Shown here: in pieces, positions 1 through 13,732 of the stretch
How the letters are laid out: every line of letters begins with the position of its first letter
Position numbering within the stretch: the stretch's first letter is position 1
Source of the DNA: Octopus sinensis
Taxonomy: Eukaryota
Length of the DNA stretch: 64,000 nucleotides
Assembly: GCF_006345805.1 (NCBI RefSeq)
Contig: NC_043008.1
Span: 36,580,001-36,644,000 of the forward strand
Direction: 5' to 3'
Translations under genes and position numbers: made by a program
Notes under the pieces: model-generated
The model's database searches: none
What the model was told of the DNA's origin: nothing
The model's input: only the letters and a program-made list of their open reading frames with translations

Positions 1-36
1 CATATTTATATATATTTGCACAACAAATATTTAAAC

Positions 37-147
<111 letters not shown>

Positions 148-293
148 TATACATATGTATGTATAGACATATATGTATCTACGTATATATATGTTTATAT
201 AAACAAACATGCATATAAATAGGCACATATGCGTAAATATGCATACATATGTATATATATATATGTATGTATGTATGAACGCACACACATGTT

Positions 294-342
<49 letters not shown>

Positions 343-851
343 AATATATACATACATATACACACACACCTATAATATGTATATATATATAATATTAAAC
401 ATAAACAACATTTTATATAACAGTTTCTATGATATACAATTTAAAGTGAAGATGCTGTTCATTTGTAGCATATTCTAAAACTTAAAACTTTAAAATATAT
501 CATATTTAGCTACGTGTGTGTGTTTATGTATATGCGTATATGCGTGTTTTGCGGGTGAGTGCATGTGTGTGTGCACGCGTGTGTGCACATTTACCAATAC
601 TGATTAAGAATTAAATACAGAAAACGGGCCGAGGGAGCCCCTACCTGGTCACTCGGCCATTTAGAAATTGCAGACAAACTCTCAAAAATGACAAGTCACC
701 TTTAAAAAAGAAAGGACATACTGGACATTATAATCCCATACATACACACTCACACACACACACACCACACACACAGACACACACACACTTTTACATAACC
801 TCGCCTATGAACAAAGGCCATGTTCGAGCAACACCGTTTTATATATCTTCC

Positions 852-1246
852 TCTCTTTTACTTGTTTCAGTCATTTGACTGCGGCCATGCTGGAGCACCA
901 CCTTTAGTCTAGCAAATCGACCCCGGGACTTATTCTTTGTAAGCCCAGTACTTATTCTATCGGTCTGTTTTGCCGAACCGCTAAGTAAAGGGGACGTAAG
1001 CACACCAACATCGGTTGTCAAGCAATGCTAGGGAAACAAACACACACACACACACACAAACATATATATATATATACATATATACGACAGGCTTCTTTCA
1101 ATTTCCGTCTACCAAATCCACTCACACGGCATTGGTCGTCCCGGGGCTATAGCAGAAGACACTTGCCCAAGATGCCACGCAGTGGGACTGAGCCCGGAAC
1201 CATGTGGTTGGTTAGCCAGCTACTTACCACACAACCACTCCTGTGC
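852..1246 (-). mobile_element. tRNA-derived SINE, family A (CORE-like TTGGGCAAGT, internal CA/TA microsatellite, AAAGAGT-type tail)
   Basis: Matches other copies in the window; the full-length reference copy is 62515-62928. On the minus strand: tRNA-like head with B-box-like GGTTCCGGGCTCAGTCCC, then CTTGGGCAAGTGTCTT. Confidence 0.85.
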
Positions 1247-1252
1247 TATATA

Positions 1253-1308
<56 letters not shown>

Positions 1309-1798
1309 GATACTTGGTTGCCTTATCTGCAACATTTGGTAATATTGTCAAACATTAGTTTACTTTCTACCTGAATATTAATGCATTTTATTCGTGTTCA
1401 AATATTTGTAAGAAATGCATTCGGTCACTCAGCATGTAAATATTTTCCTGCCTTTATTTTTATTGCATATGAAAGCCTTGCTTGTAATATCGCGTAACAT
1501 CGAAAATGTTGGCTTCTATAAACACACAATATCTCTTTCAAACCATATCCAACTGTTTTAAGGGAAAAAACTTTTTGTATAAAATAAAGTCAAAGATATA
1601 TTATACCCGGCAAATAAGATATGCACATCTAGAATACCCTTAAGTTTGCTTGATTAGGCAATAACTCAGTCTAAGCAGCAACAAAAGTAATAATTGCTAA
1701 GACATTAATTTAGTAATATTTTAGATAATATAAATGTGACTCGGGAGAACGACAACGGAACGACGGGAAAACGGGAAATAGTATACACAATGGATACA

Positions 1799-1849
<51 letters not shown>

Positions 1850-1967
1850 CAAATATATGGCACACTAAGCATAACAACAATACGAACTTCCAGCCTGTTG
1901 CCTCTTGAGGTCTCTGGGTGAGACTTGGAGCCAACTTGTACAAATATAAAGCAAAAGTCAAACTTAG
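1850..1967 (+). mobile_element. R4/Dong-like non-LTR retrotransposon, 118-bp 3' UTR-only insertion
   Basis: Co-linear with 2682-2799, the 3' end of the adjacent element; flanked on both sides by (AAT)n. Confidence 0.8.
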
Positions 1968-2034
1968 AATAATAATAATAATAATAATAATGATGATGAT
2001 GATGATGATGATTATAATAATAATAATAATAATA

Positions 2035-2098
<64 letters not shown>

Positions 2099-2141
2099 TA
2101 ATAATAATAATAATAATGATGATGATGATGATGATGATGAT

Positions 2142-2914
<773 letters not shown>

Positions 2915-3142
2915 CAAGTACAATAACAGGCAAAGATGAGGTCTAAAACTTGCTGCTCTAATTTATGGATTACAATATATAAAAGGGAGGACCTGTGTAT
3001 TAAAGGCAGTAAGTCAAGATGGCTTTGTCGTACATTATGACATAAACCACAAATCACAGTAAATAAAATGTCAGCTACGAATTATTTCATAAGTTAAATC
3101 AAATGGCAATTGTACAACAGCTTTATCGAGAGTATATTTACT

Positions 3143-3374
3143 AAGGCGGCGAGCTGGCAGAATCGTTAGCACGCCGGGCGAAATGAGTAGCCGTATTTCG
3201 TCTGCCGTTACGTTGTGAGTTCAAATTCCGCCGAGGTCGACTTTGCCTTTCATCCTCTCGGGGTCGATAAATAAAGTACCAGTTTCGCACTGGGTCGATG
3301 TAATCGACTTAATCCCTTTGTCTGCCCTTGTTTGTCCCCTCTATGTTTAGCCCCTTGAGGGCAGTAAAGAGATA
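3143..3374 (+). mobile_element. tRNA-derived SINE, family B (Deu/Nin-like central domain)
   Basis: Head AAGGCGGCGAGCTGGCAGAA, B box GAGTTCAAATTCC, central GTCGACTTTGCCTTTCATCCTCTCGGGGTCGATAAA; 10-bp TSD TATATTTACT at 3133-3142 and 3375-3384. Confidence 0.85.
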
Positions 3375-3753
3375 TATATTTACTGAAGATTCCAGTAAAT
3401 CAAGAGCACCGTAGTTCCCATACTCATAGCAAGATGTTCATCACTCATAAGGTCGACGTCGCTGATGTCCATTTTGAACAATATTTGTCAGTCTGTAAGA
3501 AATAGAAGCCAAATGGTGTTGTCCAGATTGTTGGTTCGCTGAAAGCGAAATATAAGGAAAGAGGTTAGCATGAATCCTGAGTAGTTAGACACAGACGGGG
3601 TAACAAGAAGTGAAATGTACGTACCTGGAGAACTTTGCATGCAACTAGCTAGCTCATAGGGCAAAAACTGTTGTAGTTGTAGAATTAGTTAAAAGAGGAA
3701 TCAGTGCGAGTGTGTGCGAAAGGTTTTGATGCTGGCAGGTCCTTTTAGCTATC

Positions 3754-4107
3754 ACTAGCAGTATCGCCCGGTGTTGCTCGGGTTGTAAGGGAAATAACTA
3801 TATAAGCATTTTTAGAGAAAAAATTAAGGTAAATTTTATTTTAAATCGTTGACACATCGTAGATATTTTTAGAGAGTTACTTCCCTTATATAAAAGCGAA
3901 AAAAATGCATTAAAATGGAAAAATATGATGGTAAATTTTTTAAATCGTAGACTCATTGTAGACGCGCGCTAATACCCAGAAGGGCTCGATATGAATCACG
4001 ACTATAAGATACCCGCTTTTGGTTAAACTGCACCGCAAAATGTGGGAGTAGTAATACGAATGTAAATCGAAGGGGACAGACACACAACTTCACTCTTATA
4101 TAAAGAT
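3754..4107 (+). mobile_element. Helentron/HINE-like non-autonomous element, family H1, short copy
   Basis: Starts ACTAGCAGTATCGCCCGGTGTTGCTCGGG and ends CTTATATAAAGAT; homologous to 4894-5529. End motifs resemble DINE/Lep1-type elements. Confidence 0.6.
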
Positions 4108-4491
4108 GCTTTTTTTTTTTCAGTAATAGAGTTAGATTTATGAAGGTCTTCAGTAGAAAATCCTTCGAATTGTGACTCGCTGCTTGATATAATGAAATTC
4201 GTATCCATTTTTTGTCAGAATTACAAATTTTGAAAACACAATAGGAACAAATTTCGGAAAAAAATCTCCCATAATTCACGGAATTAAAATTACACTTCGA
4301 TTTTGTACAAAACTGTATTTGAAGTGTTTACGAAGTATAATACGTGTTTTCACGAATGTACTAAAGAGATTTACTCTGATATTCTCATTTAAATATGAAT
4401 AGGTAAATTCGGGCGGTTTGGTAACGAAAGGGTTTATATAAGTGTCGTCTGTTTATACATAAACACTGTTTCATAGTTTCAGTTTAGTCTT

Positions 4492-4885
4492 CCTCAAATC
4501 ACTGTCGCTAATTTACTCTCTTCCAAGAACATTTTCACTCACTGTTATCTGTTAGCTTCCCATACATTTTACTCATGTATCTATCAGCGTGATAGACAGA
4601 AACAAATATTACATTTACTTTCATTTTATTCGTTGCCCACTGTGTGTGTGCGTTTGCGTGTGGTGTAAACCAGACTAAGAAAAGCATTGACACACACACC
4701 AGAATGTGAGTTTTCTGTAAATTTTGCTTAATTGGAGTTTAAATTTTAAAAACTGGACCTGGCATGACGCGATGCATTGTACTCTTAAAACTGCTAGGTA
4801 AATTGTAATTGAAGAAATCCTATATTGTAGATTTGTATAACTCCCAAAGGGAGGCAGATAAAATCTGCCTTTTATAATAAGAGAT
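4492..4885 (+). mobile_element. Helentron/HINE-like element, family H2, copy 1
   Basis: Near-identical to 6436-6833; ends with hairpin AGGCAGAT-aaa-ATCTGCCT followed by TTTATAATAAGAGAT. Confidence 0.6.
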
Positions 4886-4893
4886 ATATATAT

Positions 4894-5529
4894 ACTTGCA
4901 GTATCGCCCGGCGTTGCTCGGGTTTGTAAGGGAAATAACTATATAAGCATTTTTAGAGAGTTATAGCCAAAAAATAGCAAAAAATGCATTAAAATGGAAA
5001 AATATGATGGTAAATTTTTTAAAAAATCGTTGACTCATCGTAGACATTTTAGAGAGTTACTTCCCTTATATAATAGCGAAAAAATGCATTAAAATGGAAA
5101 AAAAAACGATGGTAATTTTTTTTTAAATCGTAGACTCATGTAGACGCTTTCTTAGCCATTTCTGTTTTGGTGTCTTCAAGCCATGAAGTCGTTGTTCTAA
5201 AAGAACGCTGGTCTCCTTGACAACGCATTACGACGTTGATTTCCTTACACTCCCTTCCCCACAGGTGCAGATGTGAGCGTGGACGCCAACTCCGCCGCCA
5301 TCGACACACGAAAAATTATGCATTAAAATGGAATAAAAAATGATGTTAAATTATTTTAAAAATCGTAGACTCATCCTAGACGCGCGCTAATACTCAGACG
5401 GGCTCGATATGAATCACGACTATAAGCTACCCGAATTTGGTTAAACTGCACCGCAAAATGTGGGAGTAGTTAGGAATCTAAATCGAAGGGGACAGGCACT
5501 CACACAACTACAGTTTTATATATATAGAT
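4894..5529 (+). mobile_element. Helentron/HINE-like element, family H1, long copy
   Basis: Same termini as 3754-4107, with internal duplications and an extra segment of about 150 bp (5147-5300). Confidence 0.6.
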
Positions 5530-5649
5530 ATACATAGCGCAGTAGTGGTGAGATGTGACAGCAAAGAAAAGCATACATTCACTCTCTGCATGCAATTAGA
5601 CTCGGAATTGACCCAATTTGCTGACTTTTCCGATAGCACACAGGTCTCA

Positions 5650-5965
5650 ATGAATGGTTGAATGACCAAATCCAAGCTTCTCTGCTAGTTCCTCAACAGT
5701 TACGATGAGATTTTGTTCCACCAGGGTTTTCAGGATGTCCTTGTCGAGTTCTACAGATCTTTCAGGATGAGGCTCGTCTTCTAGGCTGTTCCAATATAGC
5801 TTTGAAAAAAATAGCTGTTAAAATCGAAATGCACTCTTCAAAACTTGCACTATGAATAAGGACAAGATAAAATTACTACCTGCTTTTATAGCAAGTTAAT
5901 ATAAGTAGTTTATCCCATTCCCCTCTGACTTTTAGTTCAAGCTGTTGAAAAAACCGCATTATTAT
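5650..5965 (-). mobile_element. mariner transposon 5' fragment
   Basis: Minus-strand translation SLEDEPHPERSVELDKDILKTLVEQNLIVTVEELAEKLGFGHST; same family as 59321-60612; partial TIR GAAAAAACCGCATTAT. Confidence 0.75.
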
Positions 5966-6435
5966 ATATATATACATACATACATACATACATATACACA
6001 CACACTCTCTCTCTCACACACATGCACACATTTATATTCTGTTATTCTTTTATATGTTTCAGCCTTGAGGTTGTGGCCATGCTGGATCATGTGTGTGTGT
6101 GTGTGTGTGTGTCTATCTGTCTGTCTGTCTGTATGTATATATGTATATGTATGTGTGTGAACAATAATATTTTCAACAGATGTGTTGCAAATGTATCTGA
6201 TTGTTCTCAAGCTTCAATACTGTGTGTATGTGTATGTGTGTGTGTGTGTATGTATGTATGTATATAGATGTATGTATATGTATGTATGTATGTATGTATG
6301 TGTGTATGTATGTATGTGTGTGTGTATGTATGTATGTGTGTGTGTATGTGTGTGTGTATGTATGTATGTATGTATGTATGTATGAAAGTATGTTTACTTT
6401 ATTACTAACACAAGCCACTACGGTTATTTAATGTA

Positions 6436-6833
6436 CCTCAAATCACTATCTCTGGCTATTTACTCTCTTCCAAGAACATTTTCACTCACTCTTATGTGTT
6501 AGCTTCCCATACATTTTACTCATGTATCTATCAGCGTGATAGAGAGAAACAAATATTACATCTAGTTTCACTTTATTGGTTGCACACTGTGTGTGTGCGT
6601 TTGCGTGTGGTGTAAACCAGACTAAGAAAAGCATTTGACACACACACCAGAATGTGAGTTTTCTGTAAATTTTGCTTAATTGGAGTTTAAATTTTAAAAA
6701 CTGGACCTGGCATGACGCGATGCATTGTACTCTTAAAAATGCCAGGTAAATTGTAATTGAAGAAATCCTATATTGTAGATTTGTATAACTCCCAAAGGGA
6801 GGCAGCTAAAATCTGCCTTTTATAATAAGAGAT
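6436..6833 (+). mobile_element. Helentron/HINE-like element, family H2, copy 2
   Basis: Direct repeat of 4492-4885 with the same terminal hairpin and TTTATAATAAGAGAT end. Confidence 0.6.
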
Positions 6834-7445
6834 TCAAATGTTTTTCTTTGATCTGCCGTTTGAGATACTTGCCTGGATGTAATTTCACACTTTCATAATT
6901 GTGATCCTTAGTGTATGGTAGTTGTTGTTCTGTTAAAACACAACTAAATGTACAATTTGAGAGGATATTTTCAAGGCATCTAACAAATGCTCTTTATTAT
7001 ATCTAAATTACGCGCTACTCCTCGTATTTCGAGAACGATTATGTTCATGGAAAGCTAAAAGATAAAATCCACCTCAGCAGGATTTGAACCCAGAACCAAA
7101 GCGTTGATTGATTTTTTTAGTAATCGACTGCCTTGTCTTGAAACATGCCTTGTCTTGCGCGCACACATGGTGGAAATCGACACGCTATCGCGAGTGCCAT
7201 GTTTTGTGTTAATATTGCAAACCCAGCACCCTCCTCGCATAGGCTCACATAATAACAAAGCCATACAACTGTATGGCATGGCCCGACTTCACCTCCAGCA
7301 TACGAACAGAGCTTTAAAGCTGGATGCAACCATGCAGATGATGGAAAAATTGTGACAACTCCTGCATTTTCCAGTCTTCGTTCCGTCAAGAGCAAGAGAG
7401 CTACAAAAGCGGAGGTGTCTCATTCACTGATATACCAACCGCATT

Positions 7446-7680
7446 AAGGGTGGCGAGCTGGCAGACACGTTAGCACGCTGGGCGAAATGCGTAGCCGTAT
7501 TTCGTCTGCCGCTACGTTCTGAGTTCAAATTCCGCCGATGTCGACTTTGCCTTTCATCCTTTCGGGGTCGATAAATTAAGTACCAGTTACGCACTGGGGT
7601 CGATATAATCGACTTAATCCGTTTATCTGTCCTTGTTTGTCCCGTCTATGTTTAGCCCCTTGTGGGTAATAAAGAAACAG
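7446..7680 (+). mobile_element. SINE family B
   Basis: Full-length copy with 16-bp TSD ATATACCAACCGCATT at 7430-7445 and 7681-7696. Confidence 0.9.
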
Positions 7681-8809
7681 ATATACCAACCGCATTTGGT
7701 GACTGCTCTCTATTGTCAGAAGTGGATTACCACAGCCAGTCAGAAGTTGCTGTGAAAAAAGAAGTGGAACAAATGTGACTAATGGAGAAATTTCCATAAA
7801 ATGAGAATTTTTTAAAGAAGAGCAGTCAGTACATAACCATATCAGTTTGTAGCTCCAAGAAGCCTAAGACATCACTTATGCGGAGAAAATTTTCATAAAA
7901 AGTGCCAGTGCATTAAATGTAATAGTTACAAACGAATGTACAATACATATACGGATAATCGTCAACCAAATCTCTTTTCCATTTGCACAAGCGTATTAGT
8001 GAAACATCTAATCAACAATGGATCAGTAACGAGTTCACATTCATTAAAAATATCTACCACATTTAAACATGTGCAATTGATTAATGAGTTATCATGTAAT
8101 GAATTTATATTCATATTAATTAAAGAACGCTAAATATTTCGTTTATCACTTCACTGATACTGTTTGAATCTATTCGACTGCCAGCTAGCAAAAACAGACA
8201 AGATGGCTGGAGATTACTAACGCAGCTCTGTTCTTCTCCAATGTACATTGACATACACATGAAAACGCACATATATGTACACGCGCATATATACACACTG
8301 TTGCAGAGATGTTGACTCTTTCGAGTTCATCCTCATTTGAAAAGTGTTCTTTTTCAGAATGCAAGGTGTCAAATAATCGCCCACCTCGCCAAACAAACTT
8401 AATATATTGCCAATGTAGTCATGGCCGGCCCTAATTGTGTGTCTGTCTGCCTGTCTGCCTGTCTGGCTGACCGATTGTCTGTATGTATGTATCTATGTAC
8501 GCATGTAAGTATGTATATATGCAATAATGCACGTATGTATGCATGCATATATGTATGTAAGTATGCATGTATACATGTATGTATACATGTATGTATGCAT
8601 GCATGTATGAATGTATGCAGTGTACGTACGTATGTATGTATGTATGTATGCATGCATACATGTATATATGTATGTATGTACTCTTCTGCTTTCTATTATT
8701 TGAAATCTTCTGAAAAAAAAGGTGCTTGTTTCAAACAAAGATCCAATGTTCCATCGTTGGAATATTGATAACGAAAACAAAGTCCCACTTTAAATCATCG
8801 GCATCCTCT

Positions 8810-9517
8810 ACTTAGTCTCGCATATTTTTATTGTTTCACTTACAGCTTGCATTTTTAATGTGCGAATTAACTGGTTGATTATTTTAGCTTATCCAGACTG
8901 TCGTTTGGGCATTTAGTTACAAAACGAAGTGCACCAATTGCTATTTGTATAAGTGTGAATTTGTAATCTACATTCATAGAAGTTAGGGGTTTCAAAGCAG
9001 TTGTTCGTTGTTATGTTCTTACTCTTTAATTTTCCAACAGATATTCACATCAGCAACGCAGACGACACTTTTATTTCTCTGTCCCAAACAGCAATATCCG
9101 GCTTGTTATGTTTACACTTGACAAATGTTTTGCAGGGTATGTTCCACCTATATTCCTTGTGTTAATGTTTGTGTTTGTATTCGATAACAGGAAAATTCTC
9201 TATATTTATTCCAGGACAGTCTTTTTTTGAATGTATGTATATTGTTTTAGCGACAACATTGTGTCATATATTGGGTAGTACTTTGATGATTTTTTGGGCA
9301 GCTACTCTTTTACTCTTTTACTTGTTTCAGTCATTTGACTGCGGCCATGCTGGAGCACCGCCTTTAGTCGAGCAAATCGACCCCGGGACTTATTCTTTGT
9401 AAGCCCAGTACTTATTCTATCGGTTTCTTTTGCCGAACCGCTAAGTGACGGGGACGTAAACACACACACCAGCGTCGGTTGTCAGGCAATGCTAGGGGGA
9501 CAAACACAGACACACAA

Positions 9518-9550
<33 letters not shown>

Positions 9551-10400
9551 CATATATACGACAGGCTTCTTTCAGTTTCCGTCTACCAAATCTACTACAA
9601 GGCATTGGTCGACCCGGGGCTATAGCAGAAGACACTTGCCCAAGATGCCACGCAGTGGGATTGAACCCAGAACCATGTGGTTGGTTAGCAAGCTACTTAC
9701 CACACAGCCACTCCTACTGATCATATGTGTGGTGTCTTCCACAGAAATATGACATAATAGACATTTTCAGTTACATTTCGAGGCTCCAAGAGCTTCACTG
9801 TTTCTTTTGTTGATTTGGTATTTAGAAGCAGAATCTCCTGTTCTAGGGTTGCAAATACGTAGCCTTCGAAGTGTTATATGATGTAGCGGTTACAAGTCCA
9901 AGAGGGGTTGCATTCCGTGTCTATATCACTTTCTTCTTCAAGTATTCTAGAAACATATGCATGCATAGCCATTTTATGTTGAGTGTTTTACATCCCTGTC
10001 TTCTTTGAGATATGTTAATCCGGATGTTTTTTGTACCTGAATGGAAGACCATGAGGGTGCGAGTACTTCCCGGGGATTTCACTGCCGACATGTAGGATTT
10101 GTTCTCTTCACTTTTCAGTTCTAAGTTTATGAGTTCATTTTGCTGCTGGTGCATAACAGGTACTGTCGGAGAGGAACAACATGACATTCGGAGGATGTCT
10201 GAATTGGTCTAAAGCCTTTATCTTCTTCACCTCTTCTATGTAGAGCTTGTTGTTATCACTGTTTGTTGCCAGAAATAAATCACTAGTGTTGTAGTAGTTC
10301 TGTTTTCATCGATGGATCGACGGTGTTGCAATAAGTCTCAACTATGATCGGGCTTGCGGAGTTCCTTGTGCTATAAGGTATATTCTTTTAAAATCATCCG
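8810..10400 (-). mobile_element. decayed R4-like (RLE) non-LTR retrotransposon 3' half, second family, interrupted by a SINE
   Basis: Minus-strand frames give HFEGYVFATLEQEI, KCLLCHISVEDTTHMISSCP (CCHC knuckle), WNIPCKTFVKCKHNKPDIAVWDRE, ADVNI..KIKE and IAIGAL, with many stops and frameshifts. Confidence 0.7.
9307..9718 (-). mobile_element. SINE family A
   Basis: Full-length match to the family; sits inside the CCHC-coding segment of the R4-like element. Confidence 0.88.
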
Positions 10401-10717
10401 GACAGAATAGCGCTAAGTTGATAAGTGAAAGGAGTCTCTCTTTTTTTTATAAGTAGATAAATAAACCAGTTACTGATTTAGGATGGAGGCGGTGGCATAA
10501 TTGTAGGACAAAACGTTCAAAAAAGAATTTTAGATGGTTCTGTACACCTGTATGACTGATGTTGATGGCACAGTTGTCTCGTATGTAATAAAATGTGTAA
10601 AAGCTTGGCCGGGTTTAAAAGTCATATAAAGGCATCAATATGGCAACAATCAGAAATCATTTCAGTAAGTCTTCTTGGCATGGTTTTTCTCGTGTAACTA
10701 GGATGAAGCTGTGTGTG

Positions 10718-10750
<33 letters not shown>

Positions 10751-11515
10751 TGTATGTATGTATGTATGTATGTATGTATGTATGTACGTATGTGTGTATG
10801 TATGTATGTATGTATGTATGTGTGTATGTATATGTATCTATGTGTGTATATATGTATGTACATTATGTATGTAAGCATGTATATGTATATATGCATATTT
10901 TCATAAATATGTATAGATATACGCACATACATATACATACATATTTACATATACATGCATACATAATACGTAAATACATACACATATATTGTGTGTGTAT
11001 GTGTGTATAAACGCACACACACATACACACGCATACAAACACACACTCATGTATTTTCGTGAGCAAACAAATCCATTCTCTTGTACGTAGTTTCTAGGCG
11101 AGTGACAGAATTTATTTGTCTTTGAACCTGAGCGACTAAGTTTGGTGTGTACACCTTCTTTTAAATAGCTTCTCCTGTAGCTCTACTCATTTATTTTCGC
11201 TCTCGAAAGTGGATACTATTTTAATTCTCTGCACTACACCTTTGTGACACTTTTGCCGTTAAATAAAAAAAAGGACACTGTGTTACTGCATTTGTAAATT
11301 AGTAATTAGTTTGGTATATTTCTAATACTGTTTCTTATTTTCAAATAGCACCATTATATCTAACTTTTACTTTATACTTATTAGAATATTTATGATATCG
11401 CAAAAAAGAGCATTTTTTCTCGTTGGCAAAAACTTTCTTGCTATATTAGATAATCCATTCATCATAGAAGCAAAATTAAACTAATTAATCTTTTCTTACT
11501 TTTATTATTCTACAG

Positions 11516-11630
11516 GACCCGATTCATGTATTCTTCTTTGGAAAAACCCTTTTCATATGTATCATTGCATTGGAATAGAACCTGGTCGGATATTTCCCAC
11601 CGGCTCATATTTTACTATTGATTTTCCTCA
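11516..11630 (+). CDS. candidate internal exon of an unidentified gene: (G)PDSCILLWKNPFHMYHCIGIEPGRIFPTGSYFTIDFP
   Basis: Polypyrimidine tract ending TTCTACAG, GTAAGT donor at 11631, only one open frame, non-repetitive sequence. Confidence 0.5.
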
Positions 11631-11914
11631 GTAAGTTTATATCAATTGTAGGTGGATTCTTATTATATAATATATCTTAATTTAGCTTTCTAAAAGAGCA
11701 GTGCCTCAATTGTGATAAATTTTAGCAACTCTAAAATAACTATCAATTCTTTATTTGGTACTAATAGTGAATATAATTGCACTTCCTCAAATATATGTAT
11801 ACATTGATGTTTTTCTGGTCATATGTGGGTGTCTTTGAATCCGCCCATCGTCTTTGTATAGTTCTACGATGAAAGAGTTAATTCTTGTTCTTTTCGTATA
11901 TCCAAGACCCATAT

Positions 11915-12005
<91 letters not shown>

Positions 12006-12197
12006 TGTATACGTATTTAACAGTCATTTAAAACTTTTACTCATTACTCGTTTTCCCTTTAATCAAAGTGACAAGTCCTGTTGGCCAGACATGACTAGCA
12101 GAGCGAATCATTTCAGGATGGCTTTGTGGTTCTGGTTAGCACACATACACACACAGTCGTAAATAATACATAACCAACGTCCCAATACAAACACACC

Positions 12198-12243
<46 letters not shown>

Positions 12244-13512
12244 CACTCACATGTTGGTAAGAGATGTAAGTTGCAGTTTCTACTGCACTGTTAATATCTC
12301 ATTTTCGTTCTGTCTTTTTTATTACCCACACAAAAGTATGTTCTATGCCTTTATAAGAAACCAAATTAATATTTTTATATTTGAGTAAATATAGAACAGA
12401 CAAAGAAATCACTCTTTCCATAGTAGGCTGCATAAATTATATAACGCGGATATTTCTCCTGAGTTAATATTCTCCATAAGTCGCTCGAATTAATTTTTCC
12501 AACACTCACTAATAGAGCACAGAATACTGATATTGGTTGTCAATAAAACTGACAAGAGAATAGCTGACTTTGATGTTAAATGGGAGTTTCGAAGACGAGT
12601 GGGTTTCATTAACGTAAATCTAAGAGAAGCATTTTTCTGCCAAGTTGAAATGATCTTCACGGTGAAAAGAAGCTCGAAAACGACTTTAATATCATTAAGA
12701 TTGCCGTTTGTAGAGAAAAAGAAAAATAAGATTAAAAGCTACATCAGATGTAAATAGAAAAGAATGATAAGAAGATGAACTGATCATTGTTTTTAAATAG
12801 ACTGAATAAATGAGTGAATATTGAAGTTTAGATTTGAAATTAACAAACGAGGAGATACAAACATCTACAATATCATATTCTATAGTTTTGAAGACGAGTT
12901 TTTCTTGCTATTTCTGTGACTGTTTGAAGTAAATAGTCAAAAGAACTACCTTTATACTTTGAAACATGAATAGATGATAGCTAGAAATATAGTTGATATC
13001 TATATATAGAAAAGTTGGTGTCTATGTAGAAAGATGAATCTTTACTGATAGGAGAATCTCAAAATCACTATTTCGTACTTCGTATCGCCTTTACGCTCTG
13101 GGTTCAAGTTTCATCGTTTAACTTCGCTTTTCATCTTTGTAGAAAATGTGTTCACAGAACTATGTACCGTTTGAATACTGCAGTTTAGTCAATCAACCGT
13201 ACCACTGTCCTACAAATTTGTACCGTAGTACCTCTGTAAGAAATAGGTCTATTATCATTAACAGTATTAAAAAGGGCGGTGGACAGGCCAAATTGTTAAA
13301 ACATTGGACAAAATATCTTGCGTTATTTGTTAAAGCTATTAACGTTCTGAGTTCAAATCCTATCGCGATCAGCTTTTCCTTTCGCTTCTCCACGGTCAAT
13401 AAACCAAATTAACTGTCAAGTACTGGGTTCGATTTAATCGATTAACCTATCACCCCAAAACTTCTGGTACTGTGCTTATGTTATAAATAATTATTGAAAC
13501 TTGTAGCTTTCT

Positions 13513-13732
13513 AAGTCGGCGAGCTGGCAGAAACGTTAGCGCGCCGTGCGAAATGCTTAGTGGTGTTACGTTCTGAGTTCAAATTCCGCCGAGGTTGACT
13601 TTGCTTTTCATCCTTTCAGGATCGATAAATAAAGTACCACTTTCGCACTGGGGGCGATGTAATCGACTAATCCCTTTGTCTGTCTTTGTTTGTGTCCTCT
13701 ATGTTTAGCCCCTTGTGAGTAGTAAAGAAATA
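13513..13732 (+). mobile_element. SINE family B
   Basis: 21-bp TSD TATTGAAACTTGTAGCTTTCT at 13492-13512 and 13733-13753; an older degenerate copy lies just upstream (about 13335-13495). Confidence 0.9.

Noticed and set aside
12500-13050. Possible decayed Penelope RT on the minus strand (…EYDIVDV…); similar hint at 26700-27090
   Set aside because: Single weak motifs with many stops; not supportable.
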